From Heptranchias perlo (Eukaryota), in the NCBI RefSeq assembly GCF_035084215.1, contig NC_090362.1, positions 13,330,001 to 13,394,000 of the forward strand: a stretch of 64,000 bases of DNA. Reading direction: 5' to 3'. Below are positions 27,093-40,118 of the stretch, in pieces. The position numbers and the translations under genes are program-made. The notes under the pieces were generated by a model. It saw nothing but the letters and a program-made list of their open reading frames with translations. It was not told the DNA's origin and made no database searches. Position 1 is the stretch's first letter, and the number at the start of each line of letters is the position of its first letter.

Positions 27093-27854
27093 CTTTGTGG
27101 ATAAAAGAGTTAATGGCCATTAATGTTAAACCACTTCTTTGGAATGTTACATACAAGCAATGCAAATTTTTTTAACCAGAACTGCAGATTACAATGTAAT
27201 TCACAACCAGGATACAGGTTAATTTTTAATGCAGGGCAAGACGCCAGTTGTTCCTCAGCACTGCTATATACTGGACTCTGCATTGATTCAGTTGAATTAG
27301 CTGTTGATAGTTCACTTGGACTTGGACACAAAAAAAAATCGTTCACACCGGTCATTAAATCATCACCATCGTTACAAGCAGCTGTTTTTTATCTTCCTTC
27401 CCTCCTCTCCTGAAGTGCTAACTCCTTGCTGAGCTATAGTTCCACAGGTACCAGATGTCATCTGATGCCTCACCCAAGCATCCATTCTACTTGTGTGAGT
27501 CTAGACAGTGAGTGTTAATTGCTATCTGACTGTGGAGGCATCACACCAAGCCTGGTGCAGTTCTCACCCTATATCTACATATGTGCAGTAGTCACTGAAT
27601 AGCAAAGAGGAGCAAAACCGTGGCTAATTTTTCTCCCTCCTCATAGGCACAAGGCAGCCAATTGCAGTGTCCCAGCTGCCATCCTTGCTGAGATCAGCTA
27701 ATTAGTGCAGTTCAACGATCAAATCTTTGACATTCCTGGTCTAGAAGAGTCATTGCCACATTGGGGAGTGTATTTAGCCACTAAGTCATTATTGTAGCCC
27801 TCTAGCAGTTGCTGAAATGTCAAATCCCACCTTGGTTAACTGATGAACGTTTTC

Positions 27855-28875
27855 AATATTGGCTCAGTAACAGGAAACAAAGGGTAAAAGTCGATGGATG
27901 TCTTTGCGAATGGAAATCCGTTTCCAGTGGTGTGCCACAGGGCTCAGTGTTGGGTCCCTTGCTGTTTGTGGTATATATTAATGATTTGGACTTGAATGTA
28001 GGGGGCATGATTGGCAAATTTGCAGACGACACAAAAATTGGCCGTGTAGTTGATAGTGAAGAGGATAGCTGTAGACTCCAAGAAGATATCAATGGGTTGG
28101 TGGAAAAGTGGCAAATGGAGTTCAACCCGGAGAAGTGCGAGGTAATGCACTTAGGGAGGGCAAACAGTAAAAGGGAATACGCAGTAAGCGGGAATATTGA
28201 GCGGGGTAGAGGAAGTGAGAGACCTTGGAGTGCACAGGTCCCTGAAGGTGGCAGTACAGGTAGATAAGGTTGTGAAGAAGGCATACGGAATGCTCTCAGT
28301 TATTAGCTGAGGTATAGAATACAAAAGCAGGGATGTAATGATGGAACTGTATAAAACGCTGGTGAGGCCACAGTTGGAGTATTGTGCGCAGTTCTGGTCA
28401 CCACATTACAGGAAGGACGTAATTGCTCTGGAGAGACTGCAGAAAAGATTTACAAGAATGTTGCCAGGGCTTGAAAATTGCAGCTATGAGGGGTGACTTG
28501 ATTGAGGTGTACAAAATTATGAAGGGCCCAGATAGAGTAGACAGGAAGTAACTGTTTCCCCTAGCAGAGAGTTCAAGAACTAGAGGACATAGATTTAAGC
28601 TGATTGGTGGAAGGATTAGAGGGGACATGAGGGAAAACTTTTTTAACCCAGAGGGTGGTGGGTGTATGGAATTCACTGCCCGAATTGGTGGTAGAGGCAG
28701 GGACCCTCAACTCTTAAAGTACCTGGACCTGCACCTGAAGCGCTGTAAGCTGCAGGGCTACGGACCGGGTGTTGGAAGGTGTGATTTAGAATGGGCACCT
28801 GGTGGTTGTTCGAGCCGGCGCGGTCATGATGGGCCGAATGGCCCCCTTCTGTGCTGTATCTTTTCTATGGTTCTA
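27855..28875 (+). mobile_element. CR1 LINE, 5'-truncated, in CIB1 intron
   Basis: WLSNRKQRVKVDG...SGVPQGSVLGPLLFVVYINDLD...KFADDTK; tail ttctatggttcta. Confidence 0.93.
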
Positions 28876-28924
28876 ATATCCTCCAGCATCAACAAGAAAT
28901 AAAATATAAAAGTCGCCTACTTAC

Positions 28925-28959
28925 TGCAGAATATCTTGCTTTGTTAAAAAAGTCAGTTC
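28925..28959 (-). CDS. CIB1: CIB1 coding exon 2
   Basis: tttag|ELTFLTKQDIL(H)|gtaagt; 35 nt. Confidence 0.92.
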
Positions 28960-29154
28960 CTAAAATAAGAGGAAAAAAAGGATTGAACATTTTCTACTAC
29001 AGGCATAGGCTGCAGCAATGGTTAAATCAAAGCGCATTCAGGCAAGTCAGGTTATTTATGTACCAACCACTGATGGGCGTTCCTGGTCTTTACAGCATTG
29101 GGGAGAAAAAGGCTTTTACTCCCTTCCTGCTTCTTATGATCATGATTCAATTAA

Positions 29155-29580
29155 CAACTGTCAGTTTGGCTCAGTTGATAGCATTCTCACCTCTGCGGGC
29201 TGAATCCCCACCCCAAGGCTGACACTTCTGTGCAGTATGAAAGGAGTGCTGCATTGTCAAGAGGTGCTGACCTTCAGATGACACATTAAATTGATGCTCT
29301 TTCTGTTTCTTTAGGTGGATGTAAAAGATCCCACAGAAATATAACAAAGAAAAGTAGGGCATTCTAGTGACCTGGTCAACATTGCACTGCTCTCCTCAAC
29401 TAACACAATCAAATCTAGATTAGCTGATTATTTATCTCATTTGCTAATTGTGAAATCTTGCCATGTACAATTGGCTGCTGTATTTACAACAATGATTTCA
29501 CTTCAAAATGTAGCGAATGTGATGTGAAGCACTTTGGGACATCCTGAGAGATACAACAAGGTGCTATATAAATGCGAGTT
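29155..29580 (+). mobile_element. Degenerate Deu-type SINE
   Basis: tggctcagttgatagcattctcacctctg head; aagcactttgggacatcctgag...gctatataaatgcgagtt tail. Confidence 0.65.
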
Positions 29581-29937
29581 CTATCTTTCTATTCATCTTC
29601 CACTGGGTTTTTCTGCTGGCCTCACTAATCTTGTTACTGCAAAGTCTCATTCTCTTAGGTGAAGACAGCAGCAAATGGAAACCAATAGGTTCACCTCATG
29701 CTCGGCTTTATGAGACTTTGATCCGATACTGCAACTAAGACGGGGTGGCCACCGACTGCCACCCAGACCAACTTAGCGATTATCGAAAAAGAGTTGCGAT
29801 AAAATACTTTGGATTTAATTTATTTTTCTAAGTACATAGAATTACAATTTAATCCAAATTTCTGACACTGACTCCAATCAGTCAGGGGAAAAACTCCCCT
29901 AAAAAATGTTTTTATAAGTTAAATTTTATTTTCTCAC

Positions 29938-29988
29938 CTGATATTCAGAAAGATGCTCCTTGGAGAGCTGGCTGGCCGATCCCCCCAT
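29938..29988 (-). CDS. CIB1: CIB1 coding exon 1
   Basis: MGGSASQLSKEHLSEYQ|gtgaga, N-myristoylation-type start; in-frame upstream TAG; spliced total 573 nt = 190 aa + stop. Confidence 0.93.
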
Positions 29989-31699
29989 GTTCCCAATTCG
30001 ACCCTACTGGCTCCAAACTTTGATTTCCAGATCCTCTGGGAACAAACACCCTCTGTGATTGCCAGCAGTTTCTCTGAACCCTGGTGTAAATGAATTGAAA
30101 AAAACTGCAAATGCTGGGACCACACAGCAGGCTGGTCTGCACCTGAAAGGAAAACGGACAGGCTAATGTGTGAAGATCTTTCTTTAGAACTGGAAATCGA
30201 AAAATAAGTGAGTCCTTTTATGGGGTGGAGGGAGGAAACCAACAACAGTTAAAAGCAGAACTAGGACTGCTAACTCTTGTCACAGGCAGTTACTGGATTT
30301 AATAACTGCAATTTTTTTGAAAAGCTAGAGAGGTGAAAACTGGTAGATGATACTCGAGGATCATCTGAGGCAGTGAAAAGGCATTAAACTAACTTACATT
30401 TATTACTTATTTATTACTATCTTTCACAGAAATTCTCCCAAAATACTTCTCACTTAATTTAAATTATACAGTTACTATTGCTATGTGGACAAATAAGCAG
30501 GATCCCACAAAACGAGTGAGATGAATGATCAGTTAATCTGTATCTGGTGGATTTGATTGGGAGGAATGTTGGCCACGGCCTTGCTCTTTTGAGTAGTGCC
30601 TTGGGATCTTTAACCTTCACCTGAACACAGCCAAGGGATTAAAGCATCATCCTAGATTGTGTTCAAGGGTGTGAACATACTTAAGTAAGACCATGAAAAG
30701 GCAAAAGAAACCCTCCAAAATGGAAGGAGATTAAATAATGGCAGAAACCAGCATGCAAATGGGGGAAGACAGCCAAGGTCTGAAGTCAGTGGTCAGAGTG
30801 GAGAGGTTCAGAGTGCTGAGGAGACAGATGAGATACTGTTCCTGAACCCTACATTAAGCCTGGTAGTACAGACCAAAGAGAAAAGGTCAGGAGTAATGGG
30901 AGGTGGAGTTGAAGTGGTGAGCCATGGGGAGGTTGTGATCAAACTTAGGGGCAGAACAGATGTGTTCTCGTGTAACTAAATCACCTGATTTGCACAAGAA
31001 ACATGGGTCAATTCCCCCCTCAGGAAATCTTGATATTTAATATTAAAATGTTAACTGGAAAATGAGGGGGTGGGGAAGTGATGAGATAAAGCTCTTGACT
31101 CCTAACAGTAATGCTGTATACATTCCTTCATGCATTATAAATCAGATCATTGATGGTTTGGCATCTTGTTACAAAGAATAGAACATAATGCTCCTGCTCC
31201 TAATTACTCTAAAGTTGGACTTATTGGGAAATGCATGTACTGGATACCAAGTGAGGAGAGACTCTGATTCAACTATGATCCAGTGTGCGTATCCCCCCCC
31301 CCCCCACCCCCCGGTCAAGTTTATAACGCCATCTGAGATCAGCAGTTTATTGACTTTGGATCTTTGTTGTTTTCATTGACAAGACAGATAATGATAAAGG
31401 CCATTAGGTACATTTTAGCTCATCGATCCAGTGAATCCTCTATCACAGCAGGAAACATTTTCTTAAATAATTCCAGGGTTTTTGCCTGCATTACCTACCC
31501 CGAAGTCTGTGCCATGTGTTGATCATCTTATGTGTGAAGAATTTCCTGACAAGTCCTAAAATTGTTCTTGCCAATTTGAACCCCTCTTGTTTTACCATCA
31601 ATCCTCGTAATTGAATGAAGATGAGGATGGCTCATGAGGAAATAGTCAGTTACTTTGACCGGTTTCTTTATTATGTGGGTGCTGAATAAAGTGATCAAC

Positions 31700-33570
31700 C
31701 TTGAATAACTCTTGTAGAAACTTCACAAATAAACATCAGGTGTGCTGAAGAAATAAAGGGTTAACAGCTTTAAAGCAGTAGCATGCAAGCGGTTGAGGTG
31801 GAACTACAGGAAAATAAAACTTTCATCAGCTTAGTTTTTTTTTAAAAAGACGACTGATTTAAAGGGGAACACCTCAGTTGCAACAAAAGGGGCTTGAACT
31901 GCCCAGAGCACACACTGTTTAGTGATCTAAACAACTTCTTACTGGGAACTGGCACAACCCTAATAATTTGATTTTTAATGTTTAGAGAACGAGTGAATGC
32001 CTACAGCTAAGATTTGAGCCTAGGAAATTAAAAGGCACAGTATGACAAACAAACAGCCAAACCCAATGACACTCAGTGCAGGATTTTGGAAATGTCTGTA
32101 TGACTAATGGACAGGCTGAAACTAGCATTCCTGGAAGACTAGTGAGTACAATAAAGGTTTTATGGATGTAGAACAGAAAGCAACTAAAAAGCTGTTAAAA
32201 GTGAGCCAGCAAGATATGCCTGGATGAGCTATGCTGCTGCACACTGTTGTATTCCCAAGCTGAAACTTTAAAGATAGAAATTCAGCAAAAGAAGGCAGAG
32301 ACTCAGGATATTAGGGCAGAACTTCAGCAAACGAAGACATAGAATACAAAATTAAAACAGCAGTTGCTCTGAAAGAGGCAACAATCCAACAAAGGAACGT
32401 GGACTTTAAACCACAATTAGCACAAAACAAAGCGCCTTATAAAGCAACAATTTTCCCAAATGGGAATAAAGTGCCCAGGTGTTACAAAACCTTAGTCAAA
32501 AGGCAGAAGAATTCATTTATGGAGACCCTGTATTAAAACCAACAACAGGAAAACTCACCCAGCGAGAGAAATGCAAACACGAGATGAAAAGCAAAATGAT
32601 CGGAGATTGTAAGTCTTAAGAACCGCAGGAATTGAAAGACTAGATATAGTCAAGGCCAAGAGCAAACTGAGGAGCTTAAATGTCATAAACATCCATGTGA
32701 AACAGATCACGCTAGTCTTTGTTCCCAGATACCTGGTGTAGGAAACATTATCCTAAACGATGGATACGATCGGAAATCAAATTGAAAACTCACAAGAGCA
32801 GATAAAGTTAGTAATGTCCAGCAAGCTTCCCCTCCGTAGAGAAAATTATCCCTCCCAAAGGGAGGAGTTATCACCCCAGTCAGGAATAGCTGGAGAAGCT
32901 CGCCCCTCCCAGAGGGAGGAGTTACTTTACCAATAGTTCAGCGTAGGAACCGGGGCGTTTCGGGCTTTGTGAATAACCACATTTCCCATGATGAAAGATA
33001 TGTGTTGTCTCTACGAAATGTTAGAATAATTTCTCTAGAAGATTATAACCATTGCAGACGAAGAGTAGAATATTTTGACTGACAACGGTCCAAGGAGTCA
33101 CAAATTAAGGTGAATGTCCAACCAAAATAGTTAGGATGTCAGGGACAGCCTAGGGAGAGTATGGGAGAGATGAATGACAGGATTCAACTGCGTCCTTCTC
33201 TGGTACTAAACGCCAAATAAATCCCAACTCATTAATTTCCAGAAAGTTTTAGCATAACCTGGCAATCCTGCTAAGCTAAAATATTTCAATGAAAAACCAA
33301 TGAATAACAACACATAGAGGATGTAACCGAATACAGGTCAAGAATAAACACTTTGACAGACTGAAGTCAAAGAAACCACCTAAAAGGTCCATACCTAAAA
33401 CATGGGTCCAATAAATCTTAGATTCACTCCAGGGCAAGTATTACCCTGATGACAAGATATAAGACACTCCCAACAATTAAGCTATAAAGGGCAAATCTAT
33501 TTAAATGAAATCATGTTAAAGGATTCCACTGATAATGCTTCACCCAAGGAAATGGGATAGTGCCTTTGAA
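31700..33570 (+). mobile_element. Decayed LTR-retroelement/ERV-like gag-pro segment (tentative)
   Basis: A-rich stop-riddled stretch unlike neighbouring repeats, with protease-like fragments ITIADEE*NILTDNGPRS and PTH..ISRKF. Confidence 0.35.
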
Positions 33571-33829
33571 TATAAAAGTGTTTAATAATGGGCTCCTATG
33601 ACTACCAGAAACCTGATGCATTCTATAAATTGTTCCCCCATTTTGACCACCTTTATCCCATTCTTTCTTGGGATAAGCCTTCTGCTTCGATTCCAACAGC
33701 TTCATTAATCCCGATTTCCCTCTCTAGGCTCAATCCCCACCCCTTGTCATATCATTTTAAATCTTTCCCCATTGCTCTACTCTCTCTGCAAAAACTGCCG
33801 TTTTGCTTCAGGTGAAGATTCTCCTATCG

Positions 33830-34330
33830 ATATAGCCCTTGCTTGTTCCAGATCTCACTCCAATGTCTGAAGAATGTAAATCTCTCCCTCTGTACTAGTC
33901 CTGCAGCCATGGGTTGCCCTTCGTAATCTTCTTATTACCCTGTCCATTGTGTGGCACACGATCAATCCAAAGATTACCATCCTTGAGGTCTTGTTTTTCA
34001 GTCTACTGTCTAACTCCTTAAATTCCCTCTGTAAGACCTCAAATAGACTTCTAACTATGCAATTGGTTGCAACATAGGCAGTGAGCTTTGGCTGTTCTCC
34101 CTCCCATCAGAGGTTTATTCCACAGTTCTGTAATGTCCTGCACCCTGGCAACATGGAGGAAACATACCTTTCAGCGATGAATGCAAAAAAGGCTGTATAT
34201 TCTTCTGACTATAGAATCTCCCACTGCTACCACTCTCTCATTCCTCTGACCCACTTCTTTCTCAGCAGCCCCCCCTCCCCTCCCCTCCCCTGCATCATCC
34301 ATGAAGGCCCACATATCACACTCGACACAT
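33830..34330 (-). mobile_element. CR1 ORF1 (SGNH esterase) remnant
   Basis: ERVVAVGDSIVRRIYSLFC resembles the CR1 ORF1 GDS-block. Confidence 0.65.
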
Positions 34331-36174
34331 ATCATGAGGGTTCCCTGCACTGCCAACCCTCTGTATAACTGACTAAAAGTGTGCATAGTCTTAGCCTGAA
34401 CTCCAAGCACCAAACTCTCACCAGAATCAAACTCTGCTTGCTCACTTCAAACAATCATCAATTATAGGGAAAAAAATCTTTTACCATTCCTAAACTGATT
34501 TCTGAATTTGGCAAAACTTCCTCCTTTAAATCTCACACTTTTATGACTCACCAAAATAAAAAAAAAGGAGCTTTTTGTTATTGATGAGTAGAAGACAATC
34601 CAGTAATGAACTGTTGGGGCCTTGTGAAGGAATAAACAAGCAGGCATGTACTTGCCCTCATCTTCTGCTCAGTGACTCCTTATGCAAATTACAGCTGAGC
34701 TATTGCTTGTTAGAGAAAATTCCCAGCAGTCATCCACTCTTCACTCCTCTCACCTACTGCTGGTATATATGACTGCTGGGAACTAGGCTAATAAAACATG
34801 TTCTACTAAACTATAACTAACCATACTCAAGTCTAAAGTCTACATCAGCATTTCAGAGCTGCCAGGGTGAATGGTTATTCAAAAAAAAAACAAAGCAGGA
34901 AAAACAGACTATCGCAACTACAATCTGGATTTATGCACTGTGTGTTTTCTTCTCAATAGCATCGTTCCTTAAGAGGTCACATTTAATAGATGCTAATTCT
35001 GGGTCTATTTAAAAACCTGAACCCTGAAACAGTCAGGGTGTGTTATATTAGAGTGTGACCTTAGGACTGTCATTTATGATATCAGATTTCCTCTTTTGCG
35101 TTTGTCTAAATACATTGTGGTTAAAACTGCCCTCTGCACCCCCCCAACCACCCCTGCTGTTGCTGAAGGTGGTATATTATATGAGCCATACAGACCAGGT
35201 TCAAAGTGTGATTAGTTTGCTGCTCTCAGTTAGGGCCCAGGGATGGGGGGAGGGGAGCTGAAGAGATCAGCCAGGTTTCCTGCTCTTCATCACAAAGCAA
35301 TAACTTCACAAAGGGGAAAAGTACATTTTAAAACTTGGATGAAACATTAGGTTTGAAGCCCACTTTCTGTTCACAGCTCAGGCGAAAAGCAAGAGCTTTT
35401 CTCTTCCCCTGGTTCAGTACGTCGATGTACCATCCAGTGTGGTAGTGAGCCATACCTGCTAGGGAAGTTACAGGCTTGATCCTCAATCTGTGCTGAGCTA
35501 GGTGGTTTCGACAGGAGTCTTGATGGGACAGCCCCATTGACTTTAGTGTCCCTTTGAAAGGGAATGTTAAAAAAAAGCCAACCGTTCCCCATTCGTGATC
35601 CCTATCCAGTGACTCCTGCCTCAAAACCGGTGTATGGACCTGAATTGAAACAGAATTAGGCTCAACTATGATGTCTCTGTGGTCAAATAGTCTGCCAACA
35701 AACTGTCTAAGATTACACATGAAGAATGACCAGCTACCTCAATACCTACCAGGGACTGAACTCCAGGCCTGCAGGTCTATATGGCTCCATACCACACTAA
35801 CTGGTACATTTAGCCACCAAGCCATGGATGATTTATTTGTGGGGGTAGATTATTTATGAACTTCGCACTGCTTTCCATAGTTCACATAGTCCCAGCTTCG
35901 ACAGTCAAGTTGCTGGCTTCTCGAGCACTTCTCTGTTGCTACCGGTACCGGCCTCCCTGCACTACTCTGTTTGCTTTTCTACCTGGTGCCAGACATGAGC
36001 CACAAACAGAGCCTAGACTCAGGTAACGTTCCACAAGATCCACAATAAAGGTCATTATTGGTAGTATAAGTCAACTCTTTTATATTTCCGAATGCAGTCG
36101 ATTTGCCAATGACTATACTTTTATTTAAGACTAGCAGGTCTTCTATGGCATTGCTCACAGTGAGTCAGAGGATA

Positions 36175-36726
36175 AACTGGAGTATTGTGACCAGTTCTGA
36201 GCACCGCACTTTGGAAAGCATGTGTTTGCTGTAGACAGGGTGCAGAGGAGATTTACTAGAATGATTCCAGGGATAAGGGACTTAATTACGTGGATAGACT
36301 AGAGAAGCTGGGGTTGTTCTCCTTGGAACAGAGACGGCTGCGAGGGGATTTGATAGTTATTCAAAATCATGAAGGGTCTAGACAGAGTAGATAGAGAGAA
36401 ACTGTTCCCATTGGCGGAAGGGTCAAGAACCAGAGGGCATAGATTTAAGGTGATTGGCAAAAGAACCAAAGGTGATAAGAGGAAAATCTTTTTTACACAG
36501 CGAGTGGTTAGGATCTGGAATGCACTGCCTGAGGGAGTGGTGGAGGCAGATTCCATCATGGCCTTCAAAGGGGAACTGGATAAGTACTTGGAACAAAAAA
36601 ATGTGCAGGGCTATGGGGATAGGGCGGGGAAATGGGACTAGCTGGATTGCTCATGCATAGATCCGGCGCGGACTCGATGGGCCGAATGGCCTCCTTCCGT
36701 GCTGTAACCTTTCTATGATTCTATGA
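36175..36726 (+). mobile_element. CR1 LINE 3' fragment
   Basis: MKGLDRVDREKLFPLAEGSRTRGHRFK...FFTQRVVRIWNALP; tail ttctatgattctatga. Confidence 0.93.
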
Positions 36727-37859
36727 AGTTGTTTTATAATAGGAGTGACGTCAACATAATGTGATGAGGATATTGTTACAGAAAGTGTGGCACATAAGTG
36801 CACATCAAATGGAAGACTTGCAAATATAGATATAAAAATGTGTAGATCTTTTAATATACTGTATATAATGCATTGAACATCATTTATATTCCAACTATAC
36901 AACAAATATATTTAGAGAGTGTCAGTTTCTCTGCCGATTAGAATATTAGCGTGAAGTTCTGATGTATCTGATAGTCGGAGGGGCTTTGGATTGATTGGTG
37001 TGGAATGGGATATGCAAGTAACGGGGAAACAGGCAGTTTCGTGGGCAGGAGACTGAAAGCTGGAGCAAGAGACATGAGGGGGTAAAAAGTTTTTTTTTAA
37101 TGTTAAAACAGTACAAAAAGTTAAATATTAATGTTAAAAACTAAGTTTACTTCCAGAAAATAAATTGGCAAGAGTTGGGATACATCAGAAAGTCACTTCA
37201 CAGACCCACCTTGGGCCAGAGCTTGAAACTACAATGGTGAATGTTGACACAAAAAGCTGGGGAGGTAGTCGGAATGGGTAGTGGTCATTTGAAGTGGATG
37301 GGTCGTGGGAAGTTTAGGAGGTGGTGATTTTGGTGGATTCTGAGCAGTGGTTTGATGAGCTGAGGCGGTGGGAGACTGGGAGGCAGAGGCACAGCGAAAG
37401 TGGGAGCAGCGGGTGAAGGAAAAGTGGGAGCATTTGGAACGGTGGGAAAAGGGTAGATTGGACGGGGGGGGGGGGGGGGGCAGTCAAGGAGCAGATGGTT
37501 GACCTGGAAAATACAGGGGTGGGCAGGCAGAAGAGGCGAGCAGCTGTGGGAGGGAGCAGTGGAGAGAACCCGGCCACTGGCTTTCAAACATGTGGGGTGT
37601 TCAAGTGTTAATTTATCTTTGTAGGTTTCCCAGCAAAGTTTCTCTCCTGTTACCCTCTCTGTCCATGACTGCTCTACTGCACTCTTCCCCTTCCCTCCTG
37701 AAAGCACAGAGCCGGAAAGAGGCATCTTAAAAGGTAAATTCATCTTTTTACGCCCCCACCTCCCAGAAGAGCTGCTGCTTCCTGTTGCTGGCTTCTCTCT
37801 CTTTTCCCCTGGGCTTCTCCACGCCCTTAGCCAAGTTATCTTTGTAGTTCCCCAGGGAT

Positions 37860-38225
37860 GCTCCGATCCTTGCAGTCTCTCCGCTCCTGTTAGATCGCCT
37901 GGCCCCGCTCCACTGCCGACTCTCCCGCGGTAGGTCCCTTCGGTCTTTGCCCGAAGCGGAGCGGTTGGGGGGGGGGGGGGGGAAAGAGAGGAAGGCTCAG
38001 TGTCGGCACTTGGAAGCCGGACTCGGAGCCCGGCGAGCGAACGAACGAAAATGGGAGTTGGAGACGTGGAAGGAATAAAAGGTTTGGAAATGTATTTTTT
38101 AAAAAAAAGTTCACTATTTAAAGTAAAAAAGTTGCAAAACTTTACTGACCTGCGTACAACTTACCGGAAGTTAGGAGAGATTCCAGAGACTGGCTCCACA
38201 GAGCCGCCTGGTGGCCACAATTACG
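37860..38225 (-). promoter_or_regulatory. CpG-rich candidate CIB1 promoter/first non-coding exon with ETS and CTCF-like motifs
   Basis: CpG island; CCGGAAGT 38164-38171; minus-strand donors CCG|GTAAGT and GCAG|GTCAGT; TGGCCACCAGGCGGC on minus at 38203-38217. Confidence 0.5.
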
Positions 38226-38609
38226 GTCCAAAAGAACATGGAACCACATCCAAATCACACACCACCCTGACTTGGACATAATCCTTAAGCATCGCTGAGT
38301 TGAAATGCTAGAATTTCCTCCCTAACTCCATCGTGGGAGCATCATCACCACCTCAGGGCAAGCCAATAAGTGCCAGCGTCACCCACATCCCAAGAACCGA
38401 AAGAAACCTGTTCGGTGTTGGGAGGGACAGCAGAAACTCCCTTCACATGGCCACACGTTGACCATTACATAGTGACTGTTTGCAGAGCATTTTTGTTCTT
38501 TGCCACGTTTGAACCCGAAGTGTGGATTTACAGTTGAAGATGGAGAGCAGAGCAGGCCAGGAGACCGTGAAAAAAGTTGCCCATGTTTGAAGAAAGACCA
38601 TGAAGAGAG

Positions 38610-38812
38610 GAAGGAAACACTCAACAGGTCAGGCAGCATCAGTGGAGAGAGGAAGATAGGGTTAATATTTCAGGTGAATGACCATTCTCCAGACCTGAAT
38701 CATTAACCAGCCTTCTTCCCCTCTCGACAGATGCTGCCTGACCTGCTGAGTGTTTTCAGTATTTTCTGTTTTTATTTCAGATTTCCAGTATCTGCAGTAT
38801 TTTGCTTCTTGT
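38610..38812. mobile_element. Penelope-type short element, degenerate head-to-head hairpin
   Basis: caggtcaggcagcatc...gatgctgcctgacctg inverted arms; same family as 44685-44856. Confidence 0.65.
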
Positions 38813-39640
38813 TTTAATGAAAAGAGGAAGGTTGTGGCCCAATCATGGAGTGCCATGGGGAGGGGAGAGGCAGCTGTGGAACCGGTTATGAAAAACTAAG
38901 TTAATTTTTTTAAAAAAAACCTTAAAGTAACAAAAAAAGTTTAAAAAGCTAAGTTTACTTGTCTGGAGGAAAACAAAATGGCAACAGTGTCGGGAGATAG
39001 ATCTCAGAGAGCCATCTAGTAGCCAGAGTCTGCAACTACATCAAATTGGTATAACAAAACTGAATGGGAAATTGCAACATACCAATTTCCAATGGGAAAA
39101 GCCGACAGATGTGTGAGCAAAAATCATAATAGGAAATAAAATTTGTGGATAGGAAATACATACTATGCAATATGTTGAATATATATAGATAGATGAAAGC
39201 ACTTTTAGAAGCATTGAAAATGATGGGAGCCTGTGTGGCAGGTGCACTGCACAGCAATTTGCATTAAATAGACAAAATGATGCATCAGCTTTTCCCCCAA
39301 TTCTTTGATGACACCCACATAGCACCAATGGCACCATGAAGCACATAGTGACAGGCAACAGGGGTCTTGGCCATGGATTTCCATTGGCTGAATAGCCTTA
39401 TCGGCTCAGCTACCTAAATATGGTAGCTCATACTATGAAGAAATATATCACTGAAAAGTCAACTAGCAACAGTTGATAAAAGGATATGCCATAAATGTGG
39501 TTGTATTGATTTACAGAGCCACTGCCAAACATGGCTCTTGCTTGTGCCCTGTGGTCATCTTCATTTAGAAGTGTCTTGTGTTATTAGGACTGAGTATAGA
39601 ATGTTGTTGCATAGACTAGGCTTGTATTCCCTTGAGTATA

Positions 39641-40118
39641 GAGACCGTCATCCACCTCCTGATGGACTGCCCCTATCGTGCAGAAGTTGTGGAGAGCGAT
39701 GCTTTGGTATGTGTCCTGGTTCAGCCTCAACAGTTCGGTAACAGCCCATAGAGCACAGCGTCCTCTGTTTCCCGGGACACACACCGAGACGTTTATCAAC
39801 TGTGGCTGGAAGACCATCAACTCCGTGAAGGAGGCCCCTTGGTCCACCTAAAACCTGTTGGTCTTCCAGCTGAAGGACCGAGTATTGCAGACTAGCACAC
39901 TGCATGGTCTAGGAGTATGTGCTGCAAGACACAGTGAAGCAAGGTGCAACCTACACAAAGGCGCTATGGGGAAAGGCCACCCCACCTTGTATTGTACAGT
40001 ATGTGTTTATGTACTGTATTTTAAATTGTAATCATTGTGTACAATCAGTTGTAGCAGCTTGGAAGTGTGGTATCTTTAAAATTTTTATGAAAAAGTATAT
40101 TTTGAATTTTTTTAAAAA
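39641..40118 (+). mobile_element. Tx1/L1-like LINE 3' end nested in a CR1 fragment
   Basis: ETVIHLLMDC, GTHTETFINCGWKTINSVKEA, KALWGKAT; AT-rich 3'UTR ending in an A-run. Confidence 0.7.

Noticed and set aside
29934-30245. N-terminally extended CIB1
   Set aside because: The listed ORFs are in other frames and there is an in-frame TAG upstream of the MGG start
21000-40000. NGRN or PRC1 exons expected from mammalian synteny
   Set aside because: No matching peptides were found; the minus-strand exons here all belong to CIB1
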